Source: an uncultured Candidatus Rokubacteria bacterium
GTDB lineage: Bacteria > Methylomirabilota > Methylomirabilia > Rokubacteriales > CSP1-6
DNA length: 64,000 nucleotides
NCBI GenBank assembly: GCA_963758635.1
Contig: CAVWWD010000007.1
Coordinates: 416,001 to 480,000 of the forward strand
Reading direction: 5' to 3'
A model generated the notes under the pieces. It was not told the DNA's origin, made no database searches, and worked only from the letters and a program-made list of their open reading frames with translations. Below, piece by piece: positions 42,275-53,795 of the stretch. Within the stretch, counting starts at the first letter, position 1. Each line of letters opens with the position of its first letter. A program made the position numbers and the translations under genes.

Positions 42275-43130
42275 GGCTCCAGTAGTTGCCGGCCACGATG
42301 AGGGTCGCGCCGAGCACGGTGGGGCCGTCGATCGGCTCCCCGTAGAGCGCGAGCCCGATCAGGGCGATGACGGGCAGGCGCAGGAAGTCCATCGGCAGCA
42401 CGAAGCTCGCGTCGGCCAGCGACAGCGCGCGGCCCATCGAGTAGTGCGCGGTGAGCCCGGTCACGCCCATCGCGATCAGCGCGGGCCAGTCGCGGAGGGC
42501 GGGCGTCGCCCAGACCGCAAGCGACGGCAGGAGGCCGAGGGGAAGCTGGATCAGGGACATGTGGAACACGACGGCGGCGACGCGGTCGGTGCGCAGCAGG
42601 GTCTTCACGCAGAGCGTGGAGCCGGCGAAGCCCAGCGCGGCGCCGAGCGCGACCGTCGTGCCCGCGCCGATCCCGGCCACGCTCGGCCGCACGATCAGCA
42701 CGACGCCGGCGAGGCCGCAGAGGATCGCCACGCGGCGATGCGCGCCGATCTGCTCGCGGAGGAACACGGTGGCGAGCGCGGCCACCCACATCGGCGTGGT
42801 GAACTCGACCGCGGTCACGACGGCGAGCGGCGCGAGCCCGATCGCCCACACCCAGAGGTACTGCGCGCAGAAGTGCACGACGTTGCGCAAGATCTGGAGA
42901 GCCGGCTGACGCGTGACGAACGCGTCGCGGCCGAGGGCCCGCGCCAGCGCGAGGAGGATCGCGAGGGCCACCGCGCTCCTGAAGAAGAGGATCTCGATGG
43001 TGGGCAGGCGTCCCGCCAGCTCGCGGGCGGCGATCGACATCAGGAGGAAGGACGCGAGCGAGCCGGCCATCCACGCCGCGGCGCGAAGGGCCAGCGGCAG
43101 GTCGGGACGCCGCGGGGCCGGGAAGTCCAA
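42252..43130 (-). CDS. DMT/EamA-family transporter
   Basis: EILFFRS, FTTPMWVAALATVFLREQ, DFLRLPV...YGEP. About 10 TM segments; start approximate. Confidence 0.88.
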   Translation of the reverse strand: MDFPAPRRPDLPLALRAAAWMAGSLASFLLMSIAARELAGRLPTIEILFFRSAVALAILLALARALGRDAFVTRQPALQILRNVVHFCAQYLWVWAIGLAPLAVVTAVEFTTPMWVAALATVFLREQIGAHRRVAILCGLAGVVLIVRPSVAGIGAGTTVALGAALGFAGSTLCVKTLLRTDRVAAVVFHMSLIQLPLGLLPSLAVWATPALRDWPALIAMGVTGLTAHYSMGRALSLADASFVLPMDFLRLPVIALIGLALYGEPIDGPTVLGATLIVAGNYWSLRQEARR

Positions 43131-43254
43131 GGCTGCCAGTATCGGCGAATCCGGCCCGGGCGCGCGAAAGTCGCGCGCTCGCGCCGCCGTGGCATCGTGC
43201 TTGCTCTCTCCAGTCGGGTGACGGCGGTCAAGTCTGATCGAGGGAGGATTCATC

Positions 43255-43749
43255 GTGCCGGAGAAGAAGACGCTCGAGCGGGCTCGGCAGGACAAGCGGG
43301 AGGGGAAATCGGCCTCCACCCAGGCCGGAGAGTTCGTGCGCGAGGAGATGCACCACATCCGCGAGGGCAAGCACGGCGCGCGCTCGACGAAGCAGGCAAT
43401 CGCCATCGGGCTGTCGAAGGCGCGGCGCGCCGGCGTGGGGCTCAGGGCTCCGAAGAAGGGGACGGCGTCGGCCGAGACGCGGCGGAGCGCGAGGTCGGCC
43501 TTGCGCCGCTCCCGCTCACGGCGGGAACCGTCGGCGAAGCGGTCCCGGGCGACGCTCAGCGCCCTCCGCCGCGAGGGGCGCTCCGCCGCGGCGCCGGAGT
43601 CTCTTGCGCGTCAGGCGCGACAGTCGGCGCGCCGGCGCGGGCCGCGCGCGCGGTCGAGGGCGGCGATGAAGGCGGTCCGCACCAAGGGCCCCCGGACCCG
43701 CTCGATGGCCGCGCGCAAGGCAGCCCGCACCCGCGCCCGCCACTCCTGA
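43255..43749 (+). CDS. Highly basic putative DNA-binding protein (DUF6496-like)
   Basis: STQAGEFVREEMHHIREGKHGARSTKQAIAIGLSKARRAGV followed by an Arg-rich tail. Confidence 0.75.
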   Translation: MPEKKTLERARQDKREGKSASTQAGEFVREEMHHIREGKHGARSTKQAIAIGLSKARRAGVGLRAPKKGTASAETRRSARSALRRSRSRREPSAKRSRATLSALRREGRSAAAPESLARQARQSARRRGPRARSRAAMKAVRTKGPRTRSMAARKAARTRARHS

Positions 43750-43798
43750 CCCCGTCCCGCGCCTCCCCGTCCCCGCGGTTGCATCGGTTGCATCGGGG

Positions 43799-43822
43799 TC
43801 AGGCACTCGCGCAAGTGCCTGA
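43799..43822. repeat. 9-bp perfect inverted repeat at island edge
   Basis: TCAGGCACT-CGCGCA-AGTGCCTGA, next to the tandem GGTTGCATC repeat at ~43778-43795. Confidence 0.6.
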
Positions 43823-43849
43823 ATGGAAAGTGCCCACACCGGGAGTCCC

Positions 43850-44200
43850 AGGCCGGCGCCCGCGAGCAGGCGGTCGAGCACGAGCCGGCCCTCGAATCGC
43901 AGGCCCTTGCGGCCGTCCTCGCGGATCGGCGCGACGCGGATGGGCTCGGCCAAAAGAGCTTGCGGAGCATCTGCCGCGCCTGCGGGACGTGGCGCCCCAG
44001 GAGCGCGCGCACGTCGGCGACTCGCGCGCGCGCGTCGCGCTTGAGCCGCGCGGTGTCCAGGTCCGCCGCGCTCGTCAGGCCCGCCAGCGCCTCCAGCTCA
44101 GGCGACGAGCGCCGCCTTGCCGGCCTCGTCCTCGCGGAGGCGCTCTCGCAGGCCCGGCAACGCGCCGTCGCCATCGAGCAACGTGTCGTAGCCGCGGCGC
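43850..44200 (-). pseudogene. Relic C-terminal tail of a large serine recombinase-like protein
   Basis: Coiled-coil ...ELEALAGL...LDTARLKRDARARVADVRALLGRHVPQARQMLRKL / EPIRVAPIREDGRKGLRFEG. No catalytic domain; broken frames. Confidence 0.45.
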
Positions 44201-44225
44201 AGGCGGTACTCGTGCTTTCATCTTG

Positions 44226-44510
44226 CTAGCCGCTCCATGCGGCTACTTCCTTCCAGATCTCATGGCAGAGCTTGTCGAAATGGACATCACCCCTGAAGGC
44301 CGATTGTCTCGGGCTGGCGAACTGAGGAAACACGTAGTAGTTCCCCACAATCGGTCTACCGCACACAGTGCATGGCCTCTCGGCTTCAGCGGAGACGGCA
44401 TCCTGTCGGATCTGGCTCAATCGCGTGAGGTCGTTCACTGGCAGGAGGCCCTCCTTTACCAGGCCCTCAATTCGCTCTGCCAAGCCCTCGCAGGTGGCGC
44501 AGCGCCCCAT
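44226..44510 (-). CDS. Small Cys/His protein, possible metal-binding
   Basis: CATC...CTVC...HFDKLCHEIW. Lower GC than flanks. Confidence 0.45.
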   Translation of the reverse strand: MGRCATCEGLAERIEGLVKEGLLPVNDLTRLSQIRQDAVSAEAERPCTVCGRPIVGNYYVFPQFASPRQSAFRGDVHFDKLCHEIWKEVAAWSG

Positions 44511-44630
44511 CCCCGCCGGGGCGCCGTTGGGACAACTCTCGTATCGACACATTCGGCGCTCCGTTATCCCCATCGGCAAGTCGCCGGGCTGGGCACCCCG
44601 AAGCCACCCAGCGCGTGCGTGAATGCATTG

Positions 44631-44756
44631 AGAGTGGCCGACGGAACTACCTGTCAGATACCCGATCTTGGCGACCTTCCCCGTCGGCTGCGCCTCGGCG
44701 GCGCGCGGCGCAGCGAGGAGAGCGAGGGTGAGCCGAGCGAAGTCGCGCCGGTCCAT
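44631..44756 (-). pseudogene. ABC_sub_bind substrate-binding gene, N-terminal fragment (array copy e)
   Basis: MDRRDFARLTLALLAAPRAAEAQPTGKVAKIGYL, then the similarity is lost. Confidence 0.7.
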
Positions 44757-45743
44757 CACTCGATCACCTGGTCCGCCCGCTCCAGCAGCGCCGGCGGGAT
44801 CGTCAGGCCGAGGGCCTTGGCGGTCTTGAGGTTGATCACCAGCTCGAACTTGGTGGGCTGCTCGACCGGTAGGTCGGCTGGCTTGGCGCCCTTGAGGATC
44901 TTATCTACATGGGTTGCGGCTTGGTGAGCCTGCGCGGTTCTATTGGCCGCATACGCCATGAGAAACCCGGCCTCCGCGTCTCCTGCTTGGACCGAGACCA
45001 TCGGCAGCCGGTGCTTCGTCGCCAGCTCGATCGTCCGCTGGCGGCCTGGCGCGACGAGGGGCGTCTGCCTAGTACCTGAGTACCCCGTCGGCGCGCTGCT
45101 TGACGATCGTTTCGAACGCGCGGTCGAGCTCGCGGACGGCGCGGAGCTCCACCGGGAACACCTCGACTCTCAGCGACCGAGCCGCGGCCTTCCACGTGCC
45201 GCATCTGGACCGCGAAGACGGGGTCGCCCGGCTGCCCCAACGCCGCAACGCGCGACAGGCGCGGGACGGCCTGCTTTAGGAGCTCGAGCCGCTTGGCGGT
45301 CAGCTCGCCGACGGCAGGGCTGAGGCCCGTGATGTTTCCGCCGGGCCGGGCGAGACTGTCCACCAGCCCGGTCGCCACCGGATCACCGACCAGCATCATA
45401 CACGATGGGGATAGTCGTGGTGGCTCGTTTCGCGGCCGCCACCGATGGCGTGTTGGCCACGGCCATGACGTCCATCCTTGAGCTGCGACCAACTCCGTGG
45501 CCAGGCCGGGAAGATGCTCGAGCTTGCCCTCGGCCCAGCGAGCCTCGTAGAGGACGTTCCGGCCCTCCTCGTAGCCCAGTTCCCGCAGTACCCCGTCGAA
45601 GACGACTCGAAGACAATTGGCCTCTGCACGGCTCGAGTACGCCGTGAGAAAGCCGACACGGGAGGTCCTGGCCACGGCTGCGCCTCGACGGCGCGCGGCA
45701 CGGTAGAGAGCGCGAGGGTGCCGAGGAACGCGCGGCGGTCCAT
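44756..45743 (-). pseudogene. ABC_sub_bind substrate-binding protein (array copy d; several frameshifts)
   Basis: MDRRAFLGTLAL...GLVDSLARPGGNITG...KPADLPVEQPTKFELVINLKTAKALGLTIPPALLERADQVIE. Confidence 0.8.
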
Positions 45744-46735
45744 CACTCGATCACCTGGTCCGCCCGCGCGAGCAGCGATGGCGGGATCGTCAGGCCGAGC
45801 GTCTTCGCGGTCTTCAGGTTGATCGACCAGCTCGAACTTGGCCGGTTGCTCGATGGGGAGATCGCCAGGCTTGGCGCCTTTGAAGATCTTGTCAACAAAC
45901 GTGGCCGCTCGCTGGAACATGGTAAGGGTCGATTCGATCCATAGCTCATCAGCCCTCCAAGGTTCGCATACTCCCCGACCGCAGGAAACTGACGGCAGCC
46001 GATGCGTGGCAGCCAGCTCGGCGATCGGTCGTCGGTGCTCCATGCGTGAGCGCCTTCAAGGGCCACGATGAGCGCCTCGGCACGCTCCTGCGCTCGCCGC
46101 CTTGAAGGCTCGCGGCAAATCCTCGGGGCGTCGCATCGTCGAGAAGCTGAGGCTGGATCCCGAGAGACCGCGCCGCCTGCTGCACCTCTTGCCATTGAAG
46201 TGTGACAACCGGATTACCCAGGTTGAAGAGGCCCGCGATGCGTGTGAGCTCGCGGCAGCAATTCTCTGAGTAACTCCACCCGTTTCGCGTAGATCCCGAC
46301 GTTCAAGCGCGCTGAGCCCCGTAACATTACCGCCCGGGCCGCGCCGAGGCTGGCGACAAGTTTGGTTGCGACAGGATCGCCCACGGACGCCATGACGACC
46401 GGGATAGTTTGTGTCGCGTTCTTTGCCGCCAGCGAGCGCGGGCGTCCCCCTTGTCACGATGAGGTCCACGTTGAGGCCGACCAGCTCGCTCGCGAGGCCG
46501 GGGAGCCGTTCTGATTCGCGCTCGTCGACGATCGGTACGCGATAGCGAGGTTCTGACCCTCTATGTAGCCAAGTGTTCGCGCAGCCCTTCTCGGAAGGCA
46601 TCGAGGAAGGCAGCGATGAGGGCGGTGGATCTCCGTTAGAGCATGCCGATCCGGTGGAACTCGTGCCTGCTGCGCCTCGGCGGCGCGCGGGGCGGCGAGG
46701 AGGGCGAAGGAGCCGAGGAAGGCGCGGCGGTGGAT
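45743..46735 (-). pseudogene. ABC_sub_bind substrate-binding protein (array copy c; start lost, many frameshifts)
   Basis: IHRRAFLG in place of MDRRAFLG; VDLIVTRGTPA, PGGNVTGLS, GGLMSYG, INLKTAKTLGLTIPPSLLARADQVIE. Confidence 0.75.
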
Positions 46736-47745
46736 CTACTCGATCACCTGGTCCGCCCGCTGGAGGAGCGACGGCGGATCGTCAGGCCGAGCGCCTTCGC
46801 CCTCGTGAGGTTGATCCCCAGGCGAAAGATCGTTGGCTGCCGGATCGGGTATGTCCCCGGCGTTGGCTCCGCGCAGAATCTGGTCCACGCATTCAGCGGC
46901 GAGCCGAAGGCTCGCAGCACGGTCCCACCCGTAAGACATCAGATGGCCGAGCGCGAGAAAGGTCGCATCCAGGCAGATGGTCGGAAGTCGTTTGGCCGCG
47001 GCCAGTTCCGCAATCGCTTTCCGGTAGGTCGACATGAGCGTACTGCCATACAAGATGACCGCCTGCATCCGCTCGGCCTTGAGCGCTGCGAAGGCCTGCT
47101 CGAACTCGCCGTGCTGTCCGTCGCCGACGACCACGATGCGAACCCGAAGGCCTAACGCCGGAGCACGGCTCTTGATCTCGTGAAGCCAGGCCGCGGTTGC
47201 TGGAGGGAGAGCAGCTTCGCTGAGTCCATGTTCGCCGGCGAGGACGCCGACCCGTGAGAGCCCGGGAAGGGCTTCCTTCAGCAATGACAGATGCTTGCCG
47301 CCAATCTCCGTCTGCATGACCTGTACGCCGGTGACGTTGCCGCCAGGTCGCGCGAGGCTAGCGGCCAAGCCGGCCGCCACGAGGTCCCCGGCGGCCCACG
47401 TGACGATCGGTACGGTCCGCGTGGTGCGGCGTATGGGCCCTGCGACTGTACTGTTGCCAACGACGAAGACATCAGTGCCAAGAGTGATCAATTCTTGCGC
47501 GATCCCGGAAATCCGCCCGCTCTCCAGGCCAAACGCACGGTGCTCGATGAGAACGTTGCGCCCGGGACTCCAGCCGAGTTCTCGCAACCGCTCTGCGAAT
47601 GCGTCCCAGAATCGTTGGGCGCCCCCTTGAGCGGGCAGCTTTGGGAAATGCTGCTGATCCGGTGCACCCTCCCCGCTGGCTGCGCGTGCGCGAACGAAGG
47701 CGCAACCATCAAGCTGAGCGTGCCCAGGAAGGCGCGGCGGTCCAT
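46736..47745 (-). pseudogene. ABC_sub_bind substrate-binding protein (array copy b; frameshifts)
   Basis: MDRRAFLGTLSL...LAASLARPGGNVTGV...LMSYG...PSLLQRADQVIE. Confidence 0.8.
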
Positions 47746-47972
47746 CACTCGTACTGTCCTTCCGCGTAACGCCATTCGACGAGAACGTTTTGGCCTTCGA
47801 CCCATCCCCGCTCACGCAGCCGCTCGCGCAACGCTGCCTGGAGGACTCGCTCCTGCTCAGGCCCTCCCGAGCTGATGACACCGATCCGGTAGATCTTGCC
47901 CGCCTGCTGCGCCTCGATGGCGCGCGGCGCCGCGAGGAGGGCGAGGGTGCCAAGGAACGCGCGGCGGTCCAT
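47745..47972 (-). pseudogene. ABC_sub_bind substrate-binding gene, truncated N-terminal copy (array copy a)
   Basis: MDRRAFLGTLALLAAPRAIEAQQAGKIYRIG...GWVEGQNVLVEWRYAEGQYE*. Confidence 0.8.
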
Positions 47973-48048
47973 CAGGTGGTCCTCGGAACCTGTCTACGGT
48001 TGTGGCGGTGCCTCGTGTCTGGGGCGCGGACGCCGACGAGTGTCGCAG

Positions 48049-51000
48049 TCACGCTCCCATCTCCGCTTCCGACTGCTCCAGCCAGTACGTCATGCCCATC
48101 TCGCGGTACATCGTCGTCGCCGTGGTGAGGTGCTCTTGGGCCTCCTCGCGCTTGCCCGTGTGCCGCGAGAGCTTACCGAGGCCGAGGTGGCAGTGCGCCA
48201 GGAGGGGGCGCATCTCCAGCGCGCCCGCGAGCGCCGTCGCCTCGCGATAGTGTCGCTCCGCGGCGGCGGCATCCGGAGGCTGTGCGGCCAGCGCGACCTC
48301 CGCCTGGAGACGTAGCGCCCACGCCTCGAAGCCACGCTCTCCGCGCTCGCGCGCGGACTCGACCGCGTTGGCCGCCCACGCCGCCGCGTCCTGAACGCGG
48401 CCGACCCTCAGGTAGGCCTCGCCGAGGTCCGTGAGGCGAGGGCATCGCAGCCACGTGTGCCCGACGGCATCGGTGCGTCGGAGACCTTCCTCGATCATCT
48501 CGACCGCCTCCGGCGCCCGTCCGGCGAGGACGAGGATGCGCCCGAGGACGGACATCACCTGCCCGAGCGAGCGCGAAAACCCCCACTGACGGCACAGCGC
48601 GATCGCCTGATCAGCGAGCGGCTTTGCGCGATCGAGATCACCTTGGAGCGCGTATGCCCAGGCGAGCTGCCAGAACACGTTCACCAGATTCCACGGGTGC
48701 GTGGCGATACTCGCGCGATCTCGCAGAGTGATCTCCGCCGAGCGGTGCGCCTCGGCGAAGTCCCCGAGCTCGGCCAGAAACATGGCGACGTAGCCGGATC
48801 GGCCCAGGATCCGCACCGGCTGCCCCGGCTGGCGGACGGCGCGAGCATCAGCCCCCTTCAGAAGGAGATCGACGGCGCGACGGTGCTCGCCCAGCGCGTA
48901 TGCCCAGCACCCGGCCCAGAAGTACGCATCGCCCGCCATCCGTTGAACGCCCAGAGCCTGACCGATCGCGATCACGTCCTGCGCGAGATCCGCCATCGGG
49001 CGCAGATCCTCGGCGAGCAGGCCGCCGACATGACAGATGTGCAACCGCGCCCAGCCGAGACGCTCGCGGTCCCCGAGCGCCATCGCGAGCGTCTCCGCCT
49101 CGCGGAGGCGCTCGAGGAGCGCTCGCAGCTGGTCGAGCGGCAAGAGCGCCACGTAGAGGTCGAGGCGCAGATCGACGGCCGTCTCGCGGGTCCGCTGAGT
49201 TTCCGGAAGGCGCCCGAGCGCGTCCAGCGCCTGCTCGATGTACGCCACCGCCTCATGATTGGCGGCCCGTCCGAGCGCCTTCCTGGCCGCTTCACGGCCA
49301 TAGCGAACGGCCTTGTCCCACTCTCCGCCCCGGAAGGCGTGGTGAGCCAGGCGCTCGGCGTGCTCGGCGAGGCGGTCGGCGTGGAGCATCTCGATCGCGC
49401 CGACGATCTGCGCGTGCAGCGCCCGCCGTCGCTCGTGCAGGACGCCTCCGTACGCGACGTCGTGCGTCAAGGCGTGCTTGAACGTGTACTCCAGATCCGG
49501 AAACAGCCGCGTCTCGTAGAGGAACTCGGCGGCCTGCAGGCGGCCAAGCCCACGGCGCAGATCCTCCTCGGCCAGCTCGGCAATGGCGAGCAGCAGGGCA
49601 AAGGGCACGTCCTTGCCGATGACGGAGGCGGTCTGGAGGAGCTGCTTGTCCTCGGAGGCCAACCGGTCGATCCGCGAGGCCAGGATCGCCTGCACCGTGG
49701 CGGGCACGTCGATCGTGTCGAGCGGGCGGTCGAGCCGATGGGCGCCGCGCTCTCCGGTGAGCGCGCGCGTCTCGACGAGGATCCGCACGCTCTCCTCGAG
49801 GAAGAGGGGATTGCCGCCGGTCCGGGCGATGAGGACGGGCTTGAGCGGCTCGACGGTGGGTCGCTGCCCAGCAAGGCCAGGAGCAGCTCGTTCGCGCTGT
49901 CCGGTGGCAGGGCATCCAGTCGGAGCTGGGTGTAATAGGTCTTGCTTCCCCAGCCATGCTGGTACTCCGGCCGGTAGTTGACCAGGAGGAGAAGTCTTGC
50001 GGTCGGCAGACTCTCGACCAGGCTGTCCAGGAACGCCTGCGTCTCGGAGTCGATCCAGTGCAGGTCCTCGAAGATCACGAGGAGCGGCTGCACCTGGCTC
50101 TCGCGGAGCAAGAGGCGCTTGACGGCGTCCAGGGTAAGCTGGCGGCGGCGGGGCGGATCGACCGCCTGCCACTGGGCGTCCTCGACGGGTACGTCCAGGA
50201 GCGCCAACAGCGCGGGCAGGGTCGGCTCGAGGGCCCGGTCCAGCGTGAGGAGCTTGCCGGTTACCTTCTCCCGGATCTCGCGATGGGTTTCGCGGTCACT
50301 CACCTTGAAGTAGCTCTTGAGGAGATCGATGACCGGCAGGTAGCTGGTGGCCTTGCCGTAGGACACGGAGCCCGACTGTAAGATTAGCCAGTCCTGGATC
50401 CGGTGAGAGTGGGTGAACTCGTGGAACAGGCGGGACTTGCCCACTCCGGGTTCGCCCACGACCGCCACTAGTTGACCGTACGCGGCGCGGGATTGCTCGA
50501 GAGCCTTGCTGAGCTGCTCGACCTCGGCGTCACGGCCGACAAATCGCGTCAGCCCCCGAGCCGCCGCAGCCTGGAGGCGCGATCGCGCGGCGCCGACCCC
50601 GATGGCCTCGTAGACCTCGACGGGCGCGCCCAGCCCTTTGATCGGGACGGGGCCGAGCGGCTTGACCTCGACGTAGCCCTCGACAAGTCGCAGGACGTCC
50701 GCCGTCAGGCGGATACTCCCCGGAGTCGGCAAGCTGCTCCATGCGAGCGGCCAGGTGCGTGGTCTGGCCGACCGCCGTGTAGTCCATGTGCAGATCGCTG
50801 CCGATCGAGCGGACGACGACCTCTCCGGAGTTCAGGCCGACGCGGATCTGCACCTCGACGCCGTGGCAGCGCCGGACGTCGTCGGAGTACCGCTTCACGT
50901 GTCTCTTGCATGCGGAGGGCCGCGTAGCAGGCCCGCACCGCGTGGTCCTCGTGGGCGAGGGGCGCGCCGAAGAGCGCCATGATCCCGTCGCCCATGACTT

Positions 51001-51401
51001 GGTTGACGGTGCCCTCGTAGCGGTGGACGGCCTCCATCATGCGCTCGAGCACGGGTCGAGGATCTTCCGGGCCTCCTCGGGGTCGCGGTCGGCGAGCAGC
51101 TCCATGGACCCCTTGAGGTCAGCGAAGAGCACCGTCACCTGCTTGCGCTCGCCCTCGAGGGCGGCCTTCGACGTCAGGATCTTCTCGGCAAGGTGCTTGG
51201 GGGTGTAGGCCTCAGGGGCAGGCGAACGAGGCGGGTCGCGTCGCCAGCGGCGACGGCTTGGCCGCACTCGAAGGCAGAAGCTGGCCCCTCCGGGTAGGTC
51301 AGCGCCGCAGGAGCCGCAGGTGAGCGCGAGGCGGGCCCCGCACCCTAGGCAGAACCAAGCGTGGGGCGGGTTCTCCTGCGCTGGCACCGGGGACACGTCA
51401 T
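48049..51401 (-). CDS. Double zinc ribbon + class III adenylate/guanylate cyclase + AAA ATPase + TPR protein (about 6 frameshifts)
   Basis: CPRC..FCLGCG..CGSCG, ERKQVTVLFADLKGS, MGDGIMALFGAP, GEPGVGKS, FEDLHWID, YTFKHALT, MYREMGMTYWLEQ. Confidence 0.88.
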
Positions 51402-51834
51402 GCCGGAGCCTCCCAAGGGGTCGTGGCGGGAGATCGGAACGGTGCGCAGAGAGTAGCGCAACTCCACTTCGCGTGGCTGGCGGACTCAATCCTCCTCCCG
51501 CCTCGCCGCGAGCGTCTCGACCAGGGCTGCCACGAGCGACGGACCAGCAGGAACACGACGACTGGTGGCGTCGCGGCCGTCCACGGCAAGATCGATGAGG
51601 ATCGCCGATGGGCTCACGCCCGGCCTCGTCCTGGATACGGCGACCTGCTCGCGTGCGCAGCCTGCGCTGAGGCCGCTTCGCCGCCGCAACGCTGCGTGAG
51701 GTGCCGCGACGCACCGTCCTCGCCGCACCCGCGGAGGTGCATTTCACGCGCTTGCATCCAAGCAATCGGGCCCCGCCTCCGCCATGACATGCCCGGCTAG
51801 CTTGAACGCCCGCCGGTGGCCCCGCGCGAGGCAA

Positions 51835-52308
51835 TCACGCCAGGCGCAACTCCGCCAGGGAAGCGTGCGCGTCTCCGGCACTGATGTCCGGAATGATCTT
51901 CAGCTCGATCGCGGCCACGCCGTCGAGCTCGACCGCGTAGTCCTCGACCTCCCAGCTCGTGACCGGTGGGCTAAAGTTGTATTGCTGGCGTACGATCTCC
52001 TGGTAAGACTGGCCACGGTCGGTAGAGGAGCGCAGGACGAGCTCCTGCGTCCGTTGCCGCTCCTCTTCCTGGAAGCGGAGATGAACACGCCTCAGTGAGA
52101 GCGGCTCGTCGAACACGAGACGGATCGTCTGCTCCCCCGGCTTAGCTGCCCGCCAGCCCACCCCGTGGCCAGGGATCAGTGCCGCCTCGATTGGGTGGGC
52201 CGCGTCCTCCGACGTGATCTCGACACGGGCGAGCTGCTCCAAGTCCAGCCATATCTGTTCCCGTGACAGGGCATTGTCGAGGTCGTGCTGCATCACGGTC
52301 TTGCGCAT
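51835..52308 (-). CDS. Galactose-binding-like (carbohydrate-binding) small protein
   Basis: WLDLEQLARVEITSEDAAHPIEAAL...WRAAKPGEQTIRL...EIVRQQYNFSP. GAAGGAGG RBS. Confidence 0.7.
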   Translation of the reverse strand: MRKTVMQHDLDNALSREQIWLDLEQLARVEITSEDAAHPIEAALIPGHGVGWRAAKPGEQTIRLVFDEPLSLRRVHLRFQEEERQRTQELVLRSSTDRGQSYQEIVRQQYNFSPPVTSWEVEDYAVELDGVAAIELKIIPDISAGDAHASLAELRLA

Positions 52309-52804
52309 CGCCGGCCCTCCTTCGGCTCATCTTGGCATGCGCCCACTGACGAGGCAAAGTGGAGCCCCCCACGCGCGCGTTCCTGAACCCGGCGATCCAG
52401 TCGAAGCTCGGGCAATACCCGCCAAGCACCACGGCATCGCCTCATCTCTTCAGAAAAGTGGCGGTCCCAGGGGATCTGTGGCGACTAGACACCGCCCGAC
52501 TTCTAAGCCCAAGCACGGGATCGCGCCGTCCGCCTCAATGGCCGATCCACAATGGTCTGACCTCGATTCTCAGAAACGGGCAATTGGATGCTTCGACCGG
52601 ATCTCGATAGTCTCATCGACGTTTCCGCGCTCGAGGCGAAGGGGCATCTGGCCGGCCCCTCCGTGACCCGTATACTGCCGGAACCGCGTGCTTCCTGAGT
52701 TCGCCCGGCTCCACGACACGGATCGCGACCTGGACAGTTGGCCCAGACCGCACTGGTCCCGGAAGCCGAGGCCTCGTCGCGGCTCCAAGCGGTACACTCA
52801 CGCC

Positions 52805-52996
52805 ATGGCGAAAGCGCAAGGCTTGGTGGTGGGCGACACGGCGGAGCTGCGTGACGCGGCCTCCGACACCGTGGGCACGGTCGTCGCGATCGTCGGGCCC
52901 GATCACGTCAAGGTGGGATGGAACACCGGCGAGGGCTCCACCGGCAAGACCACGATGCTCTCGGCGCGCGCGTTGCGGAAGCGGAGCGCGGACTGA
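52805..52996 (+). CDS. Small hypothetical protein (beta-rich, SH3/KOW-like)
   Basis: LVVGDTAEL...GTVVAIVGPDHVKVGW pattern. Confidence 0.45.
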   Translation: MAKAQGLVVGDTAELRDAASDTVGTVVAIVGPDHVKVGWNTGEGSTGKTTMLSARALRKRSAD

Positions 52997-53003
52997 CCGC
53001 GCC

Positions 53004-53507
53004 ATGCGCGCGCAAACACCTGACCAGCCTAGCCACACCGATCCTCAACTCCGCGTGGCCTACCTGGCAGATCACCCCGAGGTTCTGCCTGTGCTCAGGA
53101 GCTGGTTCGAGACGGAGTGGGTCGACTACTACGGTCCAGCAGGTCCTGGCGATGCCGAGCAGGATCTGCGCGCGTATTCCAGTCGCGAGGCGCTCCCGGT
53201 CGGCCTCGTCGCCTTCTCCGAGGAGCACCTGTGTGGGATCGGCGTACTGAAGCGCGACTCGCTCGCCACCCATACGCACCTCTCTCCATGGGCGGCGGCC
53301 GGCCTGGTCGCTCCATCCTTTCGCCGCAGGGGCATCGGGTCGAGACTGTTGATGGGGTTGGAAGGCGTCGCCACCGATCTCGGCTACTCCATGCTCTATT
53401 GTGGAACGAGCACTGCCGCCAGCCTCTTGAAGCGCAGTGGGTGGCAGCTCGTCGAGTGCGTCCGCTACGAAAGCGAAGACTTGTCGATCTACCAAAAAGC
53501 ACTCTGA
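53004..53507 (+). CDS. GNAT-family N-acetyltransferase
   Basis: PWAAAGLVAPSFRRRGIGSRL (acetyl-CoA binding motif), LLKRSGW. Confidence 0.82.
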   Translation: MRAQTPDQPSHTDPQLRVAYLADHPEVLPVLRSWFETEWVDYYGPAGPGDAEQDLRAYSSREALPVGLVAFSEEHLCGIGVLKRDSLATHTHLSPWAAAGLVAPSFRRRGIGSRLLMGLEGVATDLGYSMLYCGTSTAASLLKRSGWQLVECVRYESEDLSIYQKAL

Positions 53508-53795
53508 CCCGGACGGCGTCCCGTGGACGGGAAGCCGAGCAAGCGTGGAGGGCCACGCGTCCATCACGATCAGTTGGAGCGGCAGACCCCGACGATGACC
53601 CTGGCGAGTTCTTCCCGCTCCTCCTGCACAAGCCGCGGCGCTCGAAGTGCCAGTCGCCGACCTGGTGGACGGCACGAATGGCTGATCGCAATCGGATACG
53701 TCGAGGCGATAGGGGCAATCCCGAGCGCAATCCGACGCGTCGGTCTCATCGGGCCGCGCGGGAGACCGCGCTCGTCGCGACCCAACGAGGCGGGG

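Noticed and set aside
44631..47972. CRISPR array or classical integron
   Set aside because: The repeats are coding gene termini about 1 kb apart. There are no cas genes, no intI and no attC-like hairpins that I can identify.
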